Notes under the pieces: generated by a model
What the model was told of the DNA's origin: nothing
Database searches by the model: none
Seen by the model: only the letters and a program-made list of their open reading frames with translations
Assembly (NCBI GenBank): GCA_024137785.1
Contig: JAHRHZ010000092.1
Location: 7,147,412-7,211,411 of the forward strand
Origin: Ginglymostoma cirratum
Lineage: Eukaryota
Reading direction: 5' to 3'
DNA length: 64,000 nucleotides
Shown here: one piece after another, positions 38,453-52,460 of the stretch
Layout of the letters: each line of letters begins with the position of its first letter
Position numbering within the stretch: the stretch's first letter is position 1
Made by a program: the position numbers and the translations under genes

Positions 38453-39342
38453 ATAGAACATAGAACAATACAGCGCAGAACAGGCCCTTCAGCCCTCGAT
38501 GTTGCGCCGACCTGTGAACTAGTCTAAGCCCACCTCCTACACTATCCCATCATCATCCATATGCTTATCCAAGGACTGTTTAAATGCCCGTAATGTGGTT
38601 GAGTTAACTACATTGGCAGGCAGGGCATTCCACGCCCTTACCACTCTCTGAGTAAGGAACCTGCCTCTGACATCTGTCTTAAATCTATCACCCCTCAATT
38701 TGCAGCTATGCCCCCTCGTACTAGCCGACATCATCATCCTAGGAAAAAGACTCTCACTGTCCACCCTATCTAATCCTCTGATCATTTTGTATGTCTCTAT
38801 TAAATCCCCTCTTAGCCTTCTCCTCTCCAATGAGAACAGACCCAAGTCCCTCAGTCTTTCCTCACAAGACCTTCGTTCCAGACCAGGCAACATCCTGGTA
38901 AATCTCCTCTGCACCTTTTCCAATGCTTCCACATCCTTCGTGTAATGGGGCGACCAGAACTGTATGCAATATTCCAAGTGAGGCCGCACTAGCGTTTTGT
39001 ACAGTTGCAGCATGACATCACAGCTCCGGAACTCAATCCCTCTACCAATGAAACCTAACACACCGTATGCCTTCTTAACAGCACTATCAACCTGGGTGGC
39101 AACTTTCAGGGATCTATGTACCTGGACACCAAGATCCCTCTGCACATCCACACTACCAAGAATCTTTCCATTGACCCAGTATTCTGCCTTCCTATCATTC
39201 TTCCCAAAGGGCATCACCTCACATTTATCTGCATTGAACTCCATTTGCCACCTTTCAGCCCAATTCTGCAGTTTATCCAAGTCTCCCTGCAACCTGCAAC
39301 ATTCTTCCACACTGTCCACCACTCCACCGACTTTAGTGTCAT
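38453..39342 (-). mobile_element. young 5'-truncated CR1 LINE
   Basis: Uninterrupted 261-aa ORF2 C-terminus (LQGDLDKLQNWAERWQMEFNADKC..RPHLEYCIQFWSPH..WNALP); atagaac tail repeats. Confidence 0.92.
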
Positions 39343-40010
39343 ACCAACGGGTCCCAGGGACTTAGCCACTTTAACACTCCACAATTCTGCAACACAGTTA
39401 TCATTCTCGTGTGTTGTCTGTCTCCAATCCAGTAGAAAGATACAGCGAAAGAAACAATTCTCCCCTTTTAATTTTTAAGAGGAAGCCTCTCTGTCTAAGA
39501 CTTCACTCCAACAGTACAGAACTTAAGCTCTCAGCTCCAGCAGCCAGCAAAAACTACCAACTAACTGAAAGCAAAACTAAAGTCTTCTCGGTCTGTGAGA
39601 GCCTGACCCCACCCATTCATCCAGGGAGAACTCAAAGCTGCTTACAGACTGCCTGTCTGAAGGAAGCTTTTGGTACCACTGAAACAACACCCCTCTGCAA
39701 GGGAAACAGGACAGAATATATCACTTAAAGGTACAGTATTGTCACAACAGTGAAACCAAAATGTCGTCAGTCTATAGAAATATTACTAGGTCAACAAAAC
39801 CTGCTCACGGTCACCAGTTTTCACTCTATGTTCATTTGTTTACTCTTTCCATGGCGAACTTGTCATATACTGATCCCATGCTTACCATATTATCGGGGCA
39901 CTTTACAACTGAGATCAAGTCAAATAAGGAAACAGATGAGCACCTTCAAGCTACTTACAGGTTCAGGTACAAACATAAATAATCAGTTGTACAGCATGCA
40001 GTGTACCTAC

Positions 40011-40133
40011 CTTCATCTTGTCCATGATGGCATTTGTTCCAAGGATGTTGTATTTTTTCCAAGGGTGGCGAGCTGCATGCGTAATAGCCCATGTTGTCTT
40101 CCCAGCTGCAGGAAGGCCAACCATCATCAGGAT
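40011..40133 (-). CDS. HNRNPUL1: HNRNPUL1 exon ~9 (P-loop)
   Basis: ctttag|ATC...AAG|gtaggt; 123 bp; [41 protein letters not shown]. Confidence 0.96.
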
Positions 40134-42109
40134 CTAAAGAAAATGCCTCATGAGCAAATCTCCTCAAGGAACTGTATCATCATTTTCTCTAATTCCCTTC
40201 CTCCCAACTACAGTATATATATAGGACAGTCCTCTTTAATAAAATCAATCACCTTGCAACAATGGGTGTTTAGCTTGTAAAATCTTGTATTTCTAGGTGC
40301 ATCTTTAATTTAGTAAAACATCTCACAGTGCTTCACAGGGTGATATCGTATTTTATTTGATAACAAAGCAGAAATCAGAACAGATGATCAAAAGTTTCAC
40401 CAAAAGATTGGCTTTAAGCCGTCTCAAAGAAATCTGCACAGGTTGGGATGGCAGTTCTAGAGCATAGGGTCTAGGCAGCTAAAAACAAGGTCACCAACTG
40501 TGGAATGATGAACATCCAGGTTGTACAGTAGGTCAGAATCGCATTAAGTTCTAGTGCTCGCTGCTCTGAATTGGCTTCTTTGAGAATCTTATTTTGAAGC
40601 AGAAAGTAAGCAATGCTGTCCCAAATCTGTCTGTTCAAGTCACAGTCAATCTGGTGCATTACAGACCTCCCCAAGGCAAATCTCCCTCTGATTCTGAAAA
40701 CACAGCTGACCCTTTACTGCCCTCTGCAGGATTACATATCATGGCTACTCATACATCTCAGTATCCTATTATGATCCTAGACGAGATCATCATATTATGC
40801 TATGATTTATGCAGGGACCAGAAACTTTTTGTTTTAAAATATACAAAAGGAGAGATCCAGGGGAGGAGACTAAGGGAATAAAACCACATGATTCCACAGT
40901 GTTGTACAAACAATGCTTTACAAGTCAGAATGGTAATAAAATCTACAATGTACGTATAATTTATTTCTAGCATCCCGAATTAACATGAAGTAACACATTG
41001 TAATCAGAAACCCCTAGGCACATCAAACAGCAAATACAATTTGGACATATTCCATGGATTTCTCAGAAATTCATCCTGATGTCAATTACACAATCCTTCG
41101 AAAGGTTGCTGTGGACCAGTTGAGCCGAATGGCCTGTTTCCATACCGTAGGATTCTATTCTGTTCTGTTCTCTGAGCTCTAATCTTGATCAGTTGTACGA
41201 AGAAAATACTCTTAAGGGTTTTCCAACATCCCCACTCTCAGCTGCACTGAAATATCAATGCTCCTCAGGCTTTCTCCTAGCTCCACAACACATATGTGTT
41301 TCATAACAGAGTCAGCGACCTTCCTAGTTTCTCAGTCCCCAAGGGCTTGATGACATAGTTAACTGCTCTCAACTTATTTCCATGCAGAACAGATAAAAGT
41401 CAGCACTTCAGACAGAGAGCTGCCCCTGTTTCTGTCCAACTAAACTGTGTCTCCAGAACTGCTTTTCAATGACGGCTGAGCTGTTTCCAGTGATCATCCA
41501 TCACCTGCAACATTCACGCTCTTCACCACTGACAAATTACAAACCTCATTAAGGCAAATCTCCCTCTGATTTTGATAACACAGCTGGCCCTTTACTGCCC
41601 TCTGCATGATTACATACTGTGGCTGCTTGCACATCCTAAGATCATTTTCAAGATGTACCATGTTTGAGATGCACTGCACCAAGGCATCTGCAACAGCACC
41701 ATCCGAATCTATAATCTCTACCATCCAGAAGGACAACTGCAAGAGATGCACAAGAACACTACCACCTGCAAGTGCCCCTCCAAGTCACACACATTCTTGT
41801 CTTGCAGCTAGACTGTCATTCCTTCACCATCTTCGAGTCAAAATCCTAAAAATCCCTTCTAAACAGTACCGTAGGTGCATCTACATGCTAAAGACATTTT
41901 GACATTTTTCTTTGTGAGATGTGGGAATTACTAGCTGGGCCAGCATTTGTTGTCAACCCTACTGGCCCTTGAGAACAGGGTGGGGAGCTGCCTTCTTGAG
42001 ACACTGCAGTCCATGCGATATAGGAAGATCCACAATGCAGGTACGCACTGCTACTACTGACTGTGGGTAGCAGAAGAAGTGAATGTTCACACTTGGTGTC
42101 AAGCTTTAC

Positions 42110-42428
42110 AGAATCTCTACACTGTGGAAACAGGCCCTGTAGCCCAACAAGTCCACATCGACCCTCAAAGCATCCCACCCAGACCCATCCCCCTCTAACC
42201 CACCTAATCTACACATCCCTGAGCACTCTGGGCAATTTAGCACGGCCAATCCTAGACCGCACATCTTTGGACTGTGGGAGGAAGCTGGAACACCTGGAGG
42301 AAACCCACGCAGACACAAGGAGAATGTGCAAATTCCACACAGACAGTCGCCCAAGGGTGGAATCGAACCCGGATCCTGGGCGCTGTGAGGCAGCAGCGCT
42401 CAATGTTAACTGAGCCACCATGCCACCC
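42110..42428 (-). mobile_element. HE1-like V-SINE
   Basis: Same family as 7817-8140. Confidence 0.87.
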
Positions 42429-42429
42429 C

Positions 42430-43070
42430 TTGAGTGTTGCTAATGCTGCGCTCATCTAGTTAAGTGGAGAGTACTTCATCAGCCTCTTGACTTGTGCCTT
42501 GTAATTTTGGACAGGCTTTGAGAAGTCAAGAGGCGAGTTACTTGCTGCAGGATTGCTAGTCTCTGACCTGCTCTTGTAGCCACTTTATTTATATAGCTCA
42601 TCCAGTTCAGCTTCTGGTCAATGGTAACCCTCAGGATGTTGATAGTGGGGGATGATAATTAGATTTCCCCTTTTTGGCAATGGTCATTGCTTGGCATTTG
42701 TATGGCACAAATGTTACTTGCCACTTCTGAGCCCATGTCTGGATATTGTCCAGGTGTTGCTAATTTGGACGTTGATTGCTTTGGTATCTAAAGAGTTTGA
42801 AATAATGCGGGCATTGTGCAATAATCAGCAAATATCCCCACTTTTGACCTTATGATGGAAGGAAGGTCATTATCGAAGCACCTGAAGACGCCTGGGCCAA
42901 AGACACTACCTTCAGGAATTCCTGCACAGATGTCTTGCCCTGAGATTACAGACCTCCAACAATCTCAACCATCTTCCTTTGTGCCAGGTATGACTCCAAA
43001 CAGTGGAGAATTCTTCCCTTGGTTCTCATGGACTCTAATTTTGTTAGGGCTCTTTGATGCCACATTGTAG
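42430..43070 (-). mobile_element. L2/CR1-group LINE RT fragment (related piece at ~56820-57360)
   Basis: Shared degenerate sequence aatgttacttgccactt..agccca..ctg at both loci; stop-ridden RT-like reading. Confidence 0.55.
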
Positions 43071-44526
43071 TAGTTCAAGAAGATAGCTTACCAGCAACTT
43101 GTGCAGGACAACTGAGCTGTGCAATAAGTGCTGGCAATAGCCAATGACACTTGAATCCCATCTGTGAATTAAAAAAAATTTTCATCCCTATTCTGGCCCA
43201 TCAGTCAATGAAACTCCAATCCCTGGCTTTGTCACCTCCTCTAAGATTGCATATATTTAAAAAAAACTCTCTTTGTTGATCTTCTATCCTCCAACTTTCC
43301 TAAAAATCTGCGCATGGATACACTTATCCATGTGCTATATCCTCTTCCTCATACACCTCACTCACCCACCCAGCCTGAAATGGCTTTGAACCCCAGTGAC
43401 TCAGTCAAAATTGTCATCCTGTGTTTAAATTAGCAGCCTCTCACAACCTGTTCCAGTATTACAAACCTCACGAGTTAACAGTTCCTCTAATGCATTTTAT
43501 CCCTTCTGTCTGAACAATGGCCAACTTCAGCCAATGTAGCCACACTGCTCCCCATCTATTCTGTAATAGGGAGAACTAAATGAGTTTGAAACAGTATGGT
43601 TGTGACCCCAGGCTCTCATTTGGAAAAGCCACAAAGGGTTATTCATTATTCCTCAAATCAGCAATTGTAGCTGACTGCCTTCCTGGCCTTCTTTTACCCT
43701 ACCCATTGCACTAAGTTTATGCACCCAACAACATCCCAAAAATTTCAAGAAAATATATTGTACTCACCTGTTTAATAAATCAAACCTCTTTCAAATATAA
43801 CATTGCAAAACAATCCTTTGTTTATCAGTTTTATTGAATGGCAACAGCCAGGGCTTCCCAAAGTGGAAGTCAGAACCCCAACTGGGGTTATGAGCTGGCT
43901 TTGGATTCTGAGGCAGCAAATGGCTGCCATGAGCTCCGACCAAGTTACGAAGGCTCTGCTCCCATTCTAACAGGACCCTGCTCTCGGGGGTCTCCTACTT
44001 CGCCTAGCATTGAGGAGAGGCAATGTGGACATTTCTAAGCATCAAGAGGAAAAGGCTGGGAAGCACCAATTAAAGTAATAGGCATAGACTGTAGGAGTGG
44101 AATTACAAAGAACAAGGTATTTTGTCACAGCTGACCCCATCCTTTCACACTGTGTTTTTCACAAAAGGACCAGGACAACACAGGACTTGTGACGAGCACA
44201 TCAAATTCCTAAATCTCAACAACTCAGCTTTTGGACACTTTGCAAGGTTTGCCATCGCAGAATTATGATCTTTGACAGGTTCAAGAAAAGATCTCTATCC
44301 CAAAACCAAGCTTTGGAAAATTCTATATTCAAAAGTATTTTGAATTAACTTATTTCATTAAAGTCAAATAAATTCAGAGGCCACAGGGAAAATTAATAGT
44401 AAACCATGTAGAAAATTCATCCTAACAAAATAACAGCAGTGTGGTACAGGGAAAAGATTTTCCTGAGATAGACAGTCCTGATTTTATAATCACATTAATT
44501 GCTTCAACTAAAATCTGCACACCCAC

Positions 44527-44790
44527 CTCACACTCTGACTTGGTCTTTGGTCCTGATGTACCTGGTATACGCTCATCTACAGGTACATGTTGAATGTATG
44601 TGAAGCCATCAGGAAGTCTGTACCATGGTTCCTTCTGCCCAAAGTTGAACTCAATGGCACAGTTCTTTGACAGCACATGTGGAAACAAGGGTCGCCCACC
44701 GAGCGCCATTTTCTTGACTCTGAATGCCACCCCAAGCCACCTTCCATTCTTTGTAAAGGACATCTCCACATCTTCCCCAGCTTCAAAATT
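44527..44790 (-). CDS. HNRNPUL1: HNRNPUL1 exon ~8 (SPRY/B30.2)
   Basis: ctgtag|AAT...GAG|gtgggt; 264 bp; [23 protein letters not shown]...[11 protein letters not shown]...GPKTKSECE. Confidence 0.96.
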
Positions 44791-45490
44791 CTACAGGTAC
44801 GATGGATAAGAAAAAAAATGAAAGATTTAGCAATGAAATATTTGGCCAAGTGGTTCAAACATGAGAGGCAGAACAAATTTTCCACCTATCAATCTCCTAT
44901 ATCTTTTCCAGCAAGTTGGTATACGTTGATATAATTCCCAGTTTCACTCCTGATTGTCTAACCTACACCCAAGAGATTTCGGCATAACAGAAATCCAGCC
45001 AGTAACCCCACTGACAAATTACTTTTAAGCTGTGGCAAGTACAGACTTCTGTTTCATGTGGATAACCAATGGTTACAACAACAGCAACCACAGCCTCTCT
45101 GCAGGAGAACAAAACAAAGACTGCAGTTAAAACATTAATGTAGAATTTGTTGTTTGCACATTGCATATCATGTTCATTTCTTTTCACGGTACTGCTCTAC
45201 TGGAGATAACAAGTTGAGAACAAGTATGACTGTTAAATCCCAGTCTACCTGTCCTACCAGTTTGAAAACTAAATCAAAACCATGCATCAAATCGAAGCTC
45301 CAAAAGAACATTTCCAATCAAGAGCCTGATCAGTTCGAAGATCAACATTCTAGAGAATCTTGAAATATGAATTTCCAATGCCCAATAAAATGTTTCTAAT
45401 TTACATTAGGATGTATAAAACACAAAAAAACGCATCTGGTCGAGAATGGAAAAGGACTATCATAATTCAAAGTAAATTTGTAATACTTAC

Positions 45491-45603
45491 AATTAGACAT
45501 CCCAACACATCATTTTCAGAAAATCGCTCTCCATAGTCCTGAAACTTGCAGTTTGTTGACTTCTTTGCAGTCCCTCCATACCCAAACGAGAATTCTTCCT
45601 CAC
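45491..45603 (-). CDS. HNRNPUL1: HNRNPUL1 exon ~7 (SPRY)
   Basis: ttttag|GT...ATT|gtaagt; 113 bp; [38 protein letters not shown]. Confidence 0.96.
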
Positions 45604-47098
45604 CTAAAACAGACAGTTCATTTGTCATCTGGCCTGTTATTTCAATATACAGTGAAATCTCACTTGGCTGCATGTATATTGTGTGTAACTCTCCAAATCA
45701 AATATCTTTATCAAGGAATTTACCTAGTCAGTTAAATTCTGACACTATGACTTACTAATTTCAGACTGCAGTTTATTAGATGCCTCAGAACACATACAAA
45801 GTGCTGTGGTACAACAGTCCCTGAGCAAGCACAACTATTTTACTGCTACAATAACTTCCTTCTAAGTAGTTGCATCAGCCATGAAATTATTACAGCATCT
45901 GTATCAGTTATCTGCATTAGAAAATAGCAATCGATATAATTTACAGTGTGGGTTCATATGCTTTATTGTAAATATACTGATCCAGGCTCATGGAGAAATA
46001 AACATTCAAATATCATCAGCTTCTGTGTTATGGAAGACAAGTTGGGAGTCGAACAGGAATAAAAATACTCTAACAATTCATCTATTGTTATATCTCAGTC
46101 CCAGTGACAACATTTCTCTTACATAGTACAAGTATTAAAAGTTACAAATCTAATTTTTGATAGACAGGATGTCAAAGGTGATGACCCACAATCATGAGGA
46201 AGGCGCATTCTAAAAGGTCAAGACAAGATTTTATTGAACTGTGGCAATTTGTGTGGTAGATTGTTAACGTTTCTCAATTAGAAAGGACAAGAAATCTGAG
46301 TCAGAAAACACAATCTTAACACAGCAAACAAAATAATTCAGGCAACCATCTGGAGGTAGACTGAAAGGAACCCAATCTTTTAATCAAGTTAATAGAATAG
46401 ATTTCTTTTCATCTTCATCATATAGTTTTAGAATATGTTAACAATTAAATTATACTCTCTACCCAGTATTTATAATGAGGTAACCTCAAATGTACAGAAT
46501 AATCAGTTCAATTATCAACGATGTGTAAACCTTGCAAAATACACACGTTTGTTTAATTTATACTGTTTTTATTCGCAGGGCACATCCTTCAAATCTACTA
46601 AGTCATTACTGTGATACAGCCTCCAGTCCAAACAAGAGGTTTTTTTGACCTGGCTCACAACACTTCCAATTCAGTACTTTTGTGGGAAGATCCTAATCAT
46701 CAAATTCACATTCAAACCAAGTTTAGGAAGTAAGGTCCTCCCAACTCTTCTTAAAGCAAAATTCATTCTCAGCAAAACCATCGAACACTCAAATTCCAAA
46801 AAGAAAAAAAATCAACAATTCCAAATTCCCCTGAGATATCACCAGTGTGAATTTCCTGGGAGAATGGAGACACGGAATCTAGAAAGGTCAACTGAACCGA
46901 GTCTGAAGAAGTTAAAAGAATAGAAGAATTAAAAAAAAAGTGGTCCATCAATAAGACTATTGGGATTGAAGTTAAAAAATACAAAAGCCTAAGAATGCTG
47001 GAATAGGCTGATGCACATCATAGTCTGATGTACATCATAGCCCTTGGACCATAACTGCAGGAAACACCACTCATCTGCAAGATGGGAACCATAATGAT

Positions 47099-47312
47099 TG
47101 TAATGAGGTCAGCCAGGCAGACCTCACAGAATATGGGTTCCCTGATTGGGGTTGTTAATCTGGGCTAATAAGGGAGCACTGGCTGACAGATATAAACAAG
47201 AGTGTCAGGAGTTCTGCTCACTCTGAGGGAGCTGGATCAGTGTCAAGGACTCTCCATATGTAAATAAAGCGTGACTTGGCGACTGGATACCAGCCTCTGT
47301 GGAGTTTTTTTA
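47099..47312 (+). mobile_element. short solo-LTR-like element
   Basis: Starts TGTAAT, internal TATAAA and AATAAA, ~210 bp; 3' CA end degenerate and no clear TSD. Confidence 0.45.
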
Positions 47313-48899
47313 GGAACCAGTTTATCCACACTAGCACGGAAGATAGTGAGAATCTTCATGCTCTCTCATGGTCAGACATTATGGAGAGCAAAAAAACAGA
47401 ACAAAGGATATTATAGATGCTGAAAAACTGGATCAAAATTACTGGATACACTGATTAGATCAGGGAGCTTCAGGACAGATAACACAAGTCAGTCAGTTTT
47501 TTTTTGGCCCTGTACTCAATAGATGTTGCCTGGCTTGCTGAATATTTGTAAATGATTTCTGTTTCTCTTACAAGACACAAGTATTTGCATTAGGTGACAA
47601 TCACTCAGAAAGGGTAATATTAATCCAGAGATAGACAGAAAATATAAAGCAGTTTTTTTCTTATCTACTAAAGTGAGTTTTGCCCATGTTCTTGAACACA
47701 ATTTAGACATGAGTTAACATTAAATAGATTAGCCCACTCAATGGTAAGCATGGTCCCAGGACACTGTGATACAAAGTCCAACAATATCACTCACTCCAGA
47801 TGCTTAACGTAGAGTTAACCTAGTGCATCAACTTCCCAACAAAAAGGTCTTCTGGTCTTCAATTAACTCCTTGTTATGAAGATGCTTCATAGTTAACAAT
47901 TTTGTACACTTGAGTCTTAAGGATTTTGGAGGTACCTAGATTTATTTTTTAATCAAAGCATTAATGAAAATTACATAGTTCCAGGTAATTGCAAGTCTCT
48001 TGTTTACTTGAATTCATTTCAGGGACTGTTCTACAACTTGGTATAGCAGTTTTGTTTCAATAGTGTTCCCAGGCTTGGAGCTTACGTTTGGATTTTTCAG
48101 GTGAAGAATGCCTCTTACAGAAAAGCCGCTCAGCTCGAGTCTCCTGTTTCTGAAACACAATTATTCTCCTGGAAGGGTGACTGAAAGAACTGTTCAATAT
48201 TGCCTGCCAAGACTAAAGAACATGAGAGCTACTGAATTCAGAACATACTGCGCCTTTTTTATTGCTTGCCTTCAAAAATAACCATCAATGAAATATGTTT
48301 TTAAACTTATGTGGTGATTCATTGAGCAGCAGCCAGACAAGAGAAAGACAGAGTCTACCCGTCATAGTCAAAACAATCTATAAAACTCCTCTGACTTCTA
48401 TTCCATACAAATCAGGAATGCGTAAAGGAACTCAGGCACGTTTCTTGGAATGTTTGTAGCTCCCAGAATTTTTTTTTTAACAGCACAATATTTCCTGTTG
48501 ACCTACAAAGGAAGCACTAATAGGATCCCATCTCCACTCACTCTCTCAGTTTGTCCAGGTGCACCATGTGCCCTCTCTGTCCGTCTGCGCTCTGATCTGT
48601 CCACTCTTGTCTGCCTCACCCTGTCTGGCTTGCCTCGCAGTTGCCAACATGACATTAATGTGAGCAAGAGTATTGCTGACATCATCCAGGATGAGCAGTG
48701 CTTCCTGCAGAAGTACCACCCATCTCTGGCAAACAGCAACAGAACTTAACATTTATCCAAGACATCAACTGGTGAGGAGGCAGCGACTCAGTACGTTCTG
48801 TGTAACTTCCCAGGCTATCCTTGTACCCTGCTTCAGCGGCTCCTCTCCCAGCACCTGGGGTCTTTTACATCCCTGCCCCACTCTCCCACAGAAAAGATT

Positions 48900-49362
48900 T
48901 GCAGGGATGTTACTGAGACTGAGGGTTTGAGTTATAAGGAGAGGCTGGATAGACTAGGACTTTTTCCCTGGAGGGTAGGAGACTTAGGATGACCTTATAG
49001 AGGTTTATAAAGTCACAAGGGGCGTAGACAAGGTGAATAGCCAAGATCTTTTCCCCAGGTTAGGGGAGCTCAATACTAAAAGGCATAGGTTTAAGGTGAG
49101 GGGGGGGGAAATTTAAAAGGGACCAGAAGGGCAACTTTTTCACACAGAGGGTAGTGCGTATATGGAACGAGCTGACAGAACAAGTGGGAGAGGCAGGTAC
49201 AGTTACAACATTTAAAAGACATTTGCACAGGTACATGGATAGGAAAGGTTTATAGGGATATGGACCAAATGCAGGCAAATGAGATTAGTTCAGTTTGGGA
49301 AACCTGGTCGGCACTGGCAAGTTGGACTGAAGGGTCTGCTTCTGTGCTGTATGACTCTATGA
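48900..49362 (+). mobile_element. CR1 LINE 3' end
   Basis: gagttataaggagaggctggatag...ggaacgagctg...tatgactctatga tail. Confidence 0.88.
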
Positions 49363-49511
49363 TCGTTCATGACCAAGTGGATCATGTGTCAGTAGGATAC
49401 ATTTAGAAGACTGTGAGCATTATATCTGAAGGTTTAGGCTAGCAACTGAAAAGGTTAAGGAACAATCCAGCTAAAAATAATTAACTTGGGGAAAGCCAAT
49501 TTTGGTGACAT

Positions 49512-49722
49512 AGAAATAAAAACAAAGTGCTGGAGAAACTCAGTAGGTCTGGCAGCATCTGTGGACAGAGAAACAGAATTAACATTCTAAGTCCAACGAA
49601 TCATCTTCAGACCAGGAAGAAGAGTCAATGGACACAAAACACCAAGTTGATTTTGCTACTAAGTTTCTCAAGCATTTTCTATTTTATTTCAAAACTGCAG
49701 CATCTGCAACGTTTTGCTTTCA
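49512..49722. mobile_element. old palindromic family-B element
   Basis: gctggagaaactcagtaggtctggcagcatctgtgg arm with a degenerate inverted counterpart ending cagcatctgcaac. Confidence 0.6.
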
Positions 49723-50469
49723 TTCAATAGGGCAAGATTGAATCTGGACAAAGTACATTGAAATTAAAGGTTGACAAGCAAAACTGAACAACAGATAAAG
49801 AGGCAGATAACAGATAAAACTGAACAATGGGCTGCCTTCAAAGAAGAGATAGTTTGGTTACAGCCAAGGTATATTCCTATGAAGGGAAAGGTAGGGCAAA
49901 TAAATCCTGAGCTCCTAGAATGAAATGAGTGGATCTGGACAAGATAAATAAAATAATACAGTAAATATAATCAAAATATTGCACAGATGGGTAGGTCAGG
50001 GCCTCTTAGCAAAAAGCAAAAACAAACCCATTAAGCTGAAATGATGTACATCCTTAAACACCTTACCTTCAATAATATAGCCTTTAAAAGTAAATACAAT
50101 TTAAACATAAATAGATACAATAATATAAACTAAATGTTAAAATTAAATTCATCTCATGAAGTTTCAATTGAACAGGCTCCATCCAGTGGTAATGATTAGT
50201 CAGTGCAGGTCTGGACACTGGAGAGTTTTCTAGCTAAGAACATCAAGTGTGAAAAGGCACTGAGGGCAGATGCAGAACTGGAGGAAGGCCAGGTGAACTG
50301 AGCTTGGAGTGGAATGGTGGAGAAAGGTCATAAAATCAGACAGATAACACAGGAAATTTGCAGGAAATATTTAAACTGAAACTCTAAAGGTCTAATAATA
50401 TAGTAACAACATGTTCATTTATGATATTAAAATGAAAAGCTGTTAAGTGAATCAACATCAAATGGGGGC

Positions 50470-52460
50470 TTACTGTACTGAGGGAAGTGAGAATGGAAAC
50501 TGCAGAAGCAATGGCCATAATTTTCCAGTCATCACTCGACTCAAGGGTTGTATCAGAAGACTGGAGAACTGCAAATGTCACACCATTGTTCAAAAAAGGG
50601 TGTAAAGATAAGCCTAGCAACTACAGCCCAGTTAGTTTAATGCTGACGATAGGGAAATTTTTAGAAATGATAACACAGTCAAAATTGATACTTACTTAGG
50701 TAAATGTGGGTGCAGTAGGAGTTAGTAAATTTTTTTAGAACTAGGTTTATAATGCAATTCCCAGGGGTTGGCTGTTAGGACCCTCGCCCTTGCTTAGTGG
50801 ACAGGGCACAATTTCAAGATTCAAGGGTGAAATGGAACTCTTAAGCATGGTGAAATGTGAGGTTGTATAGAAGTTCAAAAGGGCAGGCTGGTGAAACAGG
50901 TAGATGTGTGGCAGATGAAATTCAATGCAGAGAAATGTGAAGTGATTCAATTCGGTAGGAACAATGTAGAGATAATATTAAATTAAGGGGACAATTCTAA
51001 AGAGAGTATAGGAGCAGTGATTCACTGAAGATGATAGGACAAGTTCAGGGAACAGTTTTTAAAGCATATGACATGCTAGATTTTAATAATAGGCGCTTAG
51101 AGTACAACAGTCAGAATCATACAGCATGGAAACAAACCTTTCAGGCCAACTAGTCCACACCAACCATGTTCCCAAACAAAACTCATTCCATTTGCCTGTA
51201 GTTGGCCTAGATCCCTCCAAACCTTTCCTATTCATGTACTTATCCAAATGTCTTTTAAATGTTTTAACTGTAACTGCATCCACCACTTCATCTGGCAGTT
51301 CACTCCACACACGAACCACTCTCCGTGTAAACAAGTCACCCCTCAAGTCCTTCTTAAAATTTTACCCTCTCACCTTAAAAATATGCCCCCTAGTATTGAA
51401 CCCCTCCCTCCCAACCTTAGGGAAAAGATCCTTGCTATTCTTATTAAGGAAGATGCGAAAACCTCATGTAGAACGTTGGTTTGACTTCAACTGGAATGCT
51501 ACATCTAGTCCTCAGCACCACATTTAAGGAACAATGTGAAAGAATCATAGAGCGCAGAAAGAATTCACTCAGAACTTCAGACAGACAGTTTAGAGAAATT
51601 GGAAGGTTCTTCCTTTGAGAGCAGATTGAGGAGATTTGATAGGTTTATTCAAAACTATGAGGGATCTGGAGATGGTACAGGTAAAAATTGTTCCCTTTGG
51701 TGGAAGAATTGACAAAAGAGGGCAAAGATCTAAAGGTAATAGGCAAAGAAACAACGGAGATGTGAAGCCATAGTCATAACTATACATCACAGAAACAGAC
51801 CCTTCGGTCCAACTTGTCCATGCCAACCAGATAAGCTAAACTAATCTAGTCCCATTTGCCAGCATTTGGCCCATATCCCTCTATATCCTTCCTATTTACG
51901 TACCCATCCAGATGCCTTTTAAATGTTGTACCCACCTCCATCACTTCCTCTGGCAGCTCATTCCATGTACGCACCACCCTCTGCATTAAAAGGTTGTCCC
52001 TGAGATCCCTTTTAAATCTTTCCTCTCTCACCTTAAAGCTACGTCCTCTCATTTTGGACTCCCCTACCCTGGGAAAAAGACCTTGGCTAATAACTCAATC
52101 CATGCGCCTCAGGGTTTTATAAACTTCTATAAGGTCACCTCTCAGCTACCAACACTCCAGGGAAAAAGCCCCAGCCTATTCAGCGTCTCCCGGTAGCTCA
52201 TACCCTCCAATCCCAGAAACATCCTTGTAAATCTGTTCTGAACCCTTTCAATTTTCTATTTCACACAGCAAGTGGTTAGGATCTTGAATGTACTACCAGA
52301 AATATGTGGTGGAACGATGCTCAATTGAGGCATTCAAGAGGGAATTAAATGAGTACCTGGAAAGGAAGAGTCTGCAGAAAAAAAAGGTAGGAGAATTGTA
52401 GTAAGTTGTTCCTTTGGAGACATAATGGGCTGAGTGACCTCTAACAGTGCTATTACAGTT
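50470..52460 (+). mobile_element. old CR1 (+) interrupted by two antisense CR1 3' ends (~51112-51435 and ~51770-52255)
   Basis: EDWRTANVTPLFKKG and later RT motifs on +; inserted minus-strand tails start with cataca/catagtcata repeats. Confidence 0.8.

Noticed and set aside
38537-39322. 261-aa ORF as a host gene
   Set aside because: It is the C-terminal part of CR1 ORF2 in a 5'-truncated copy.
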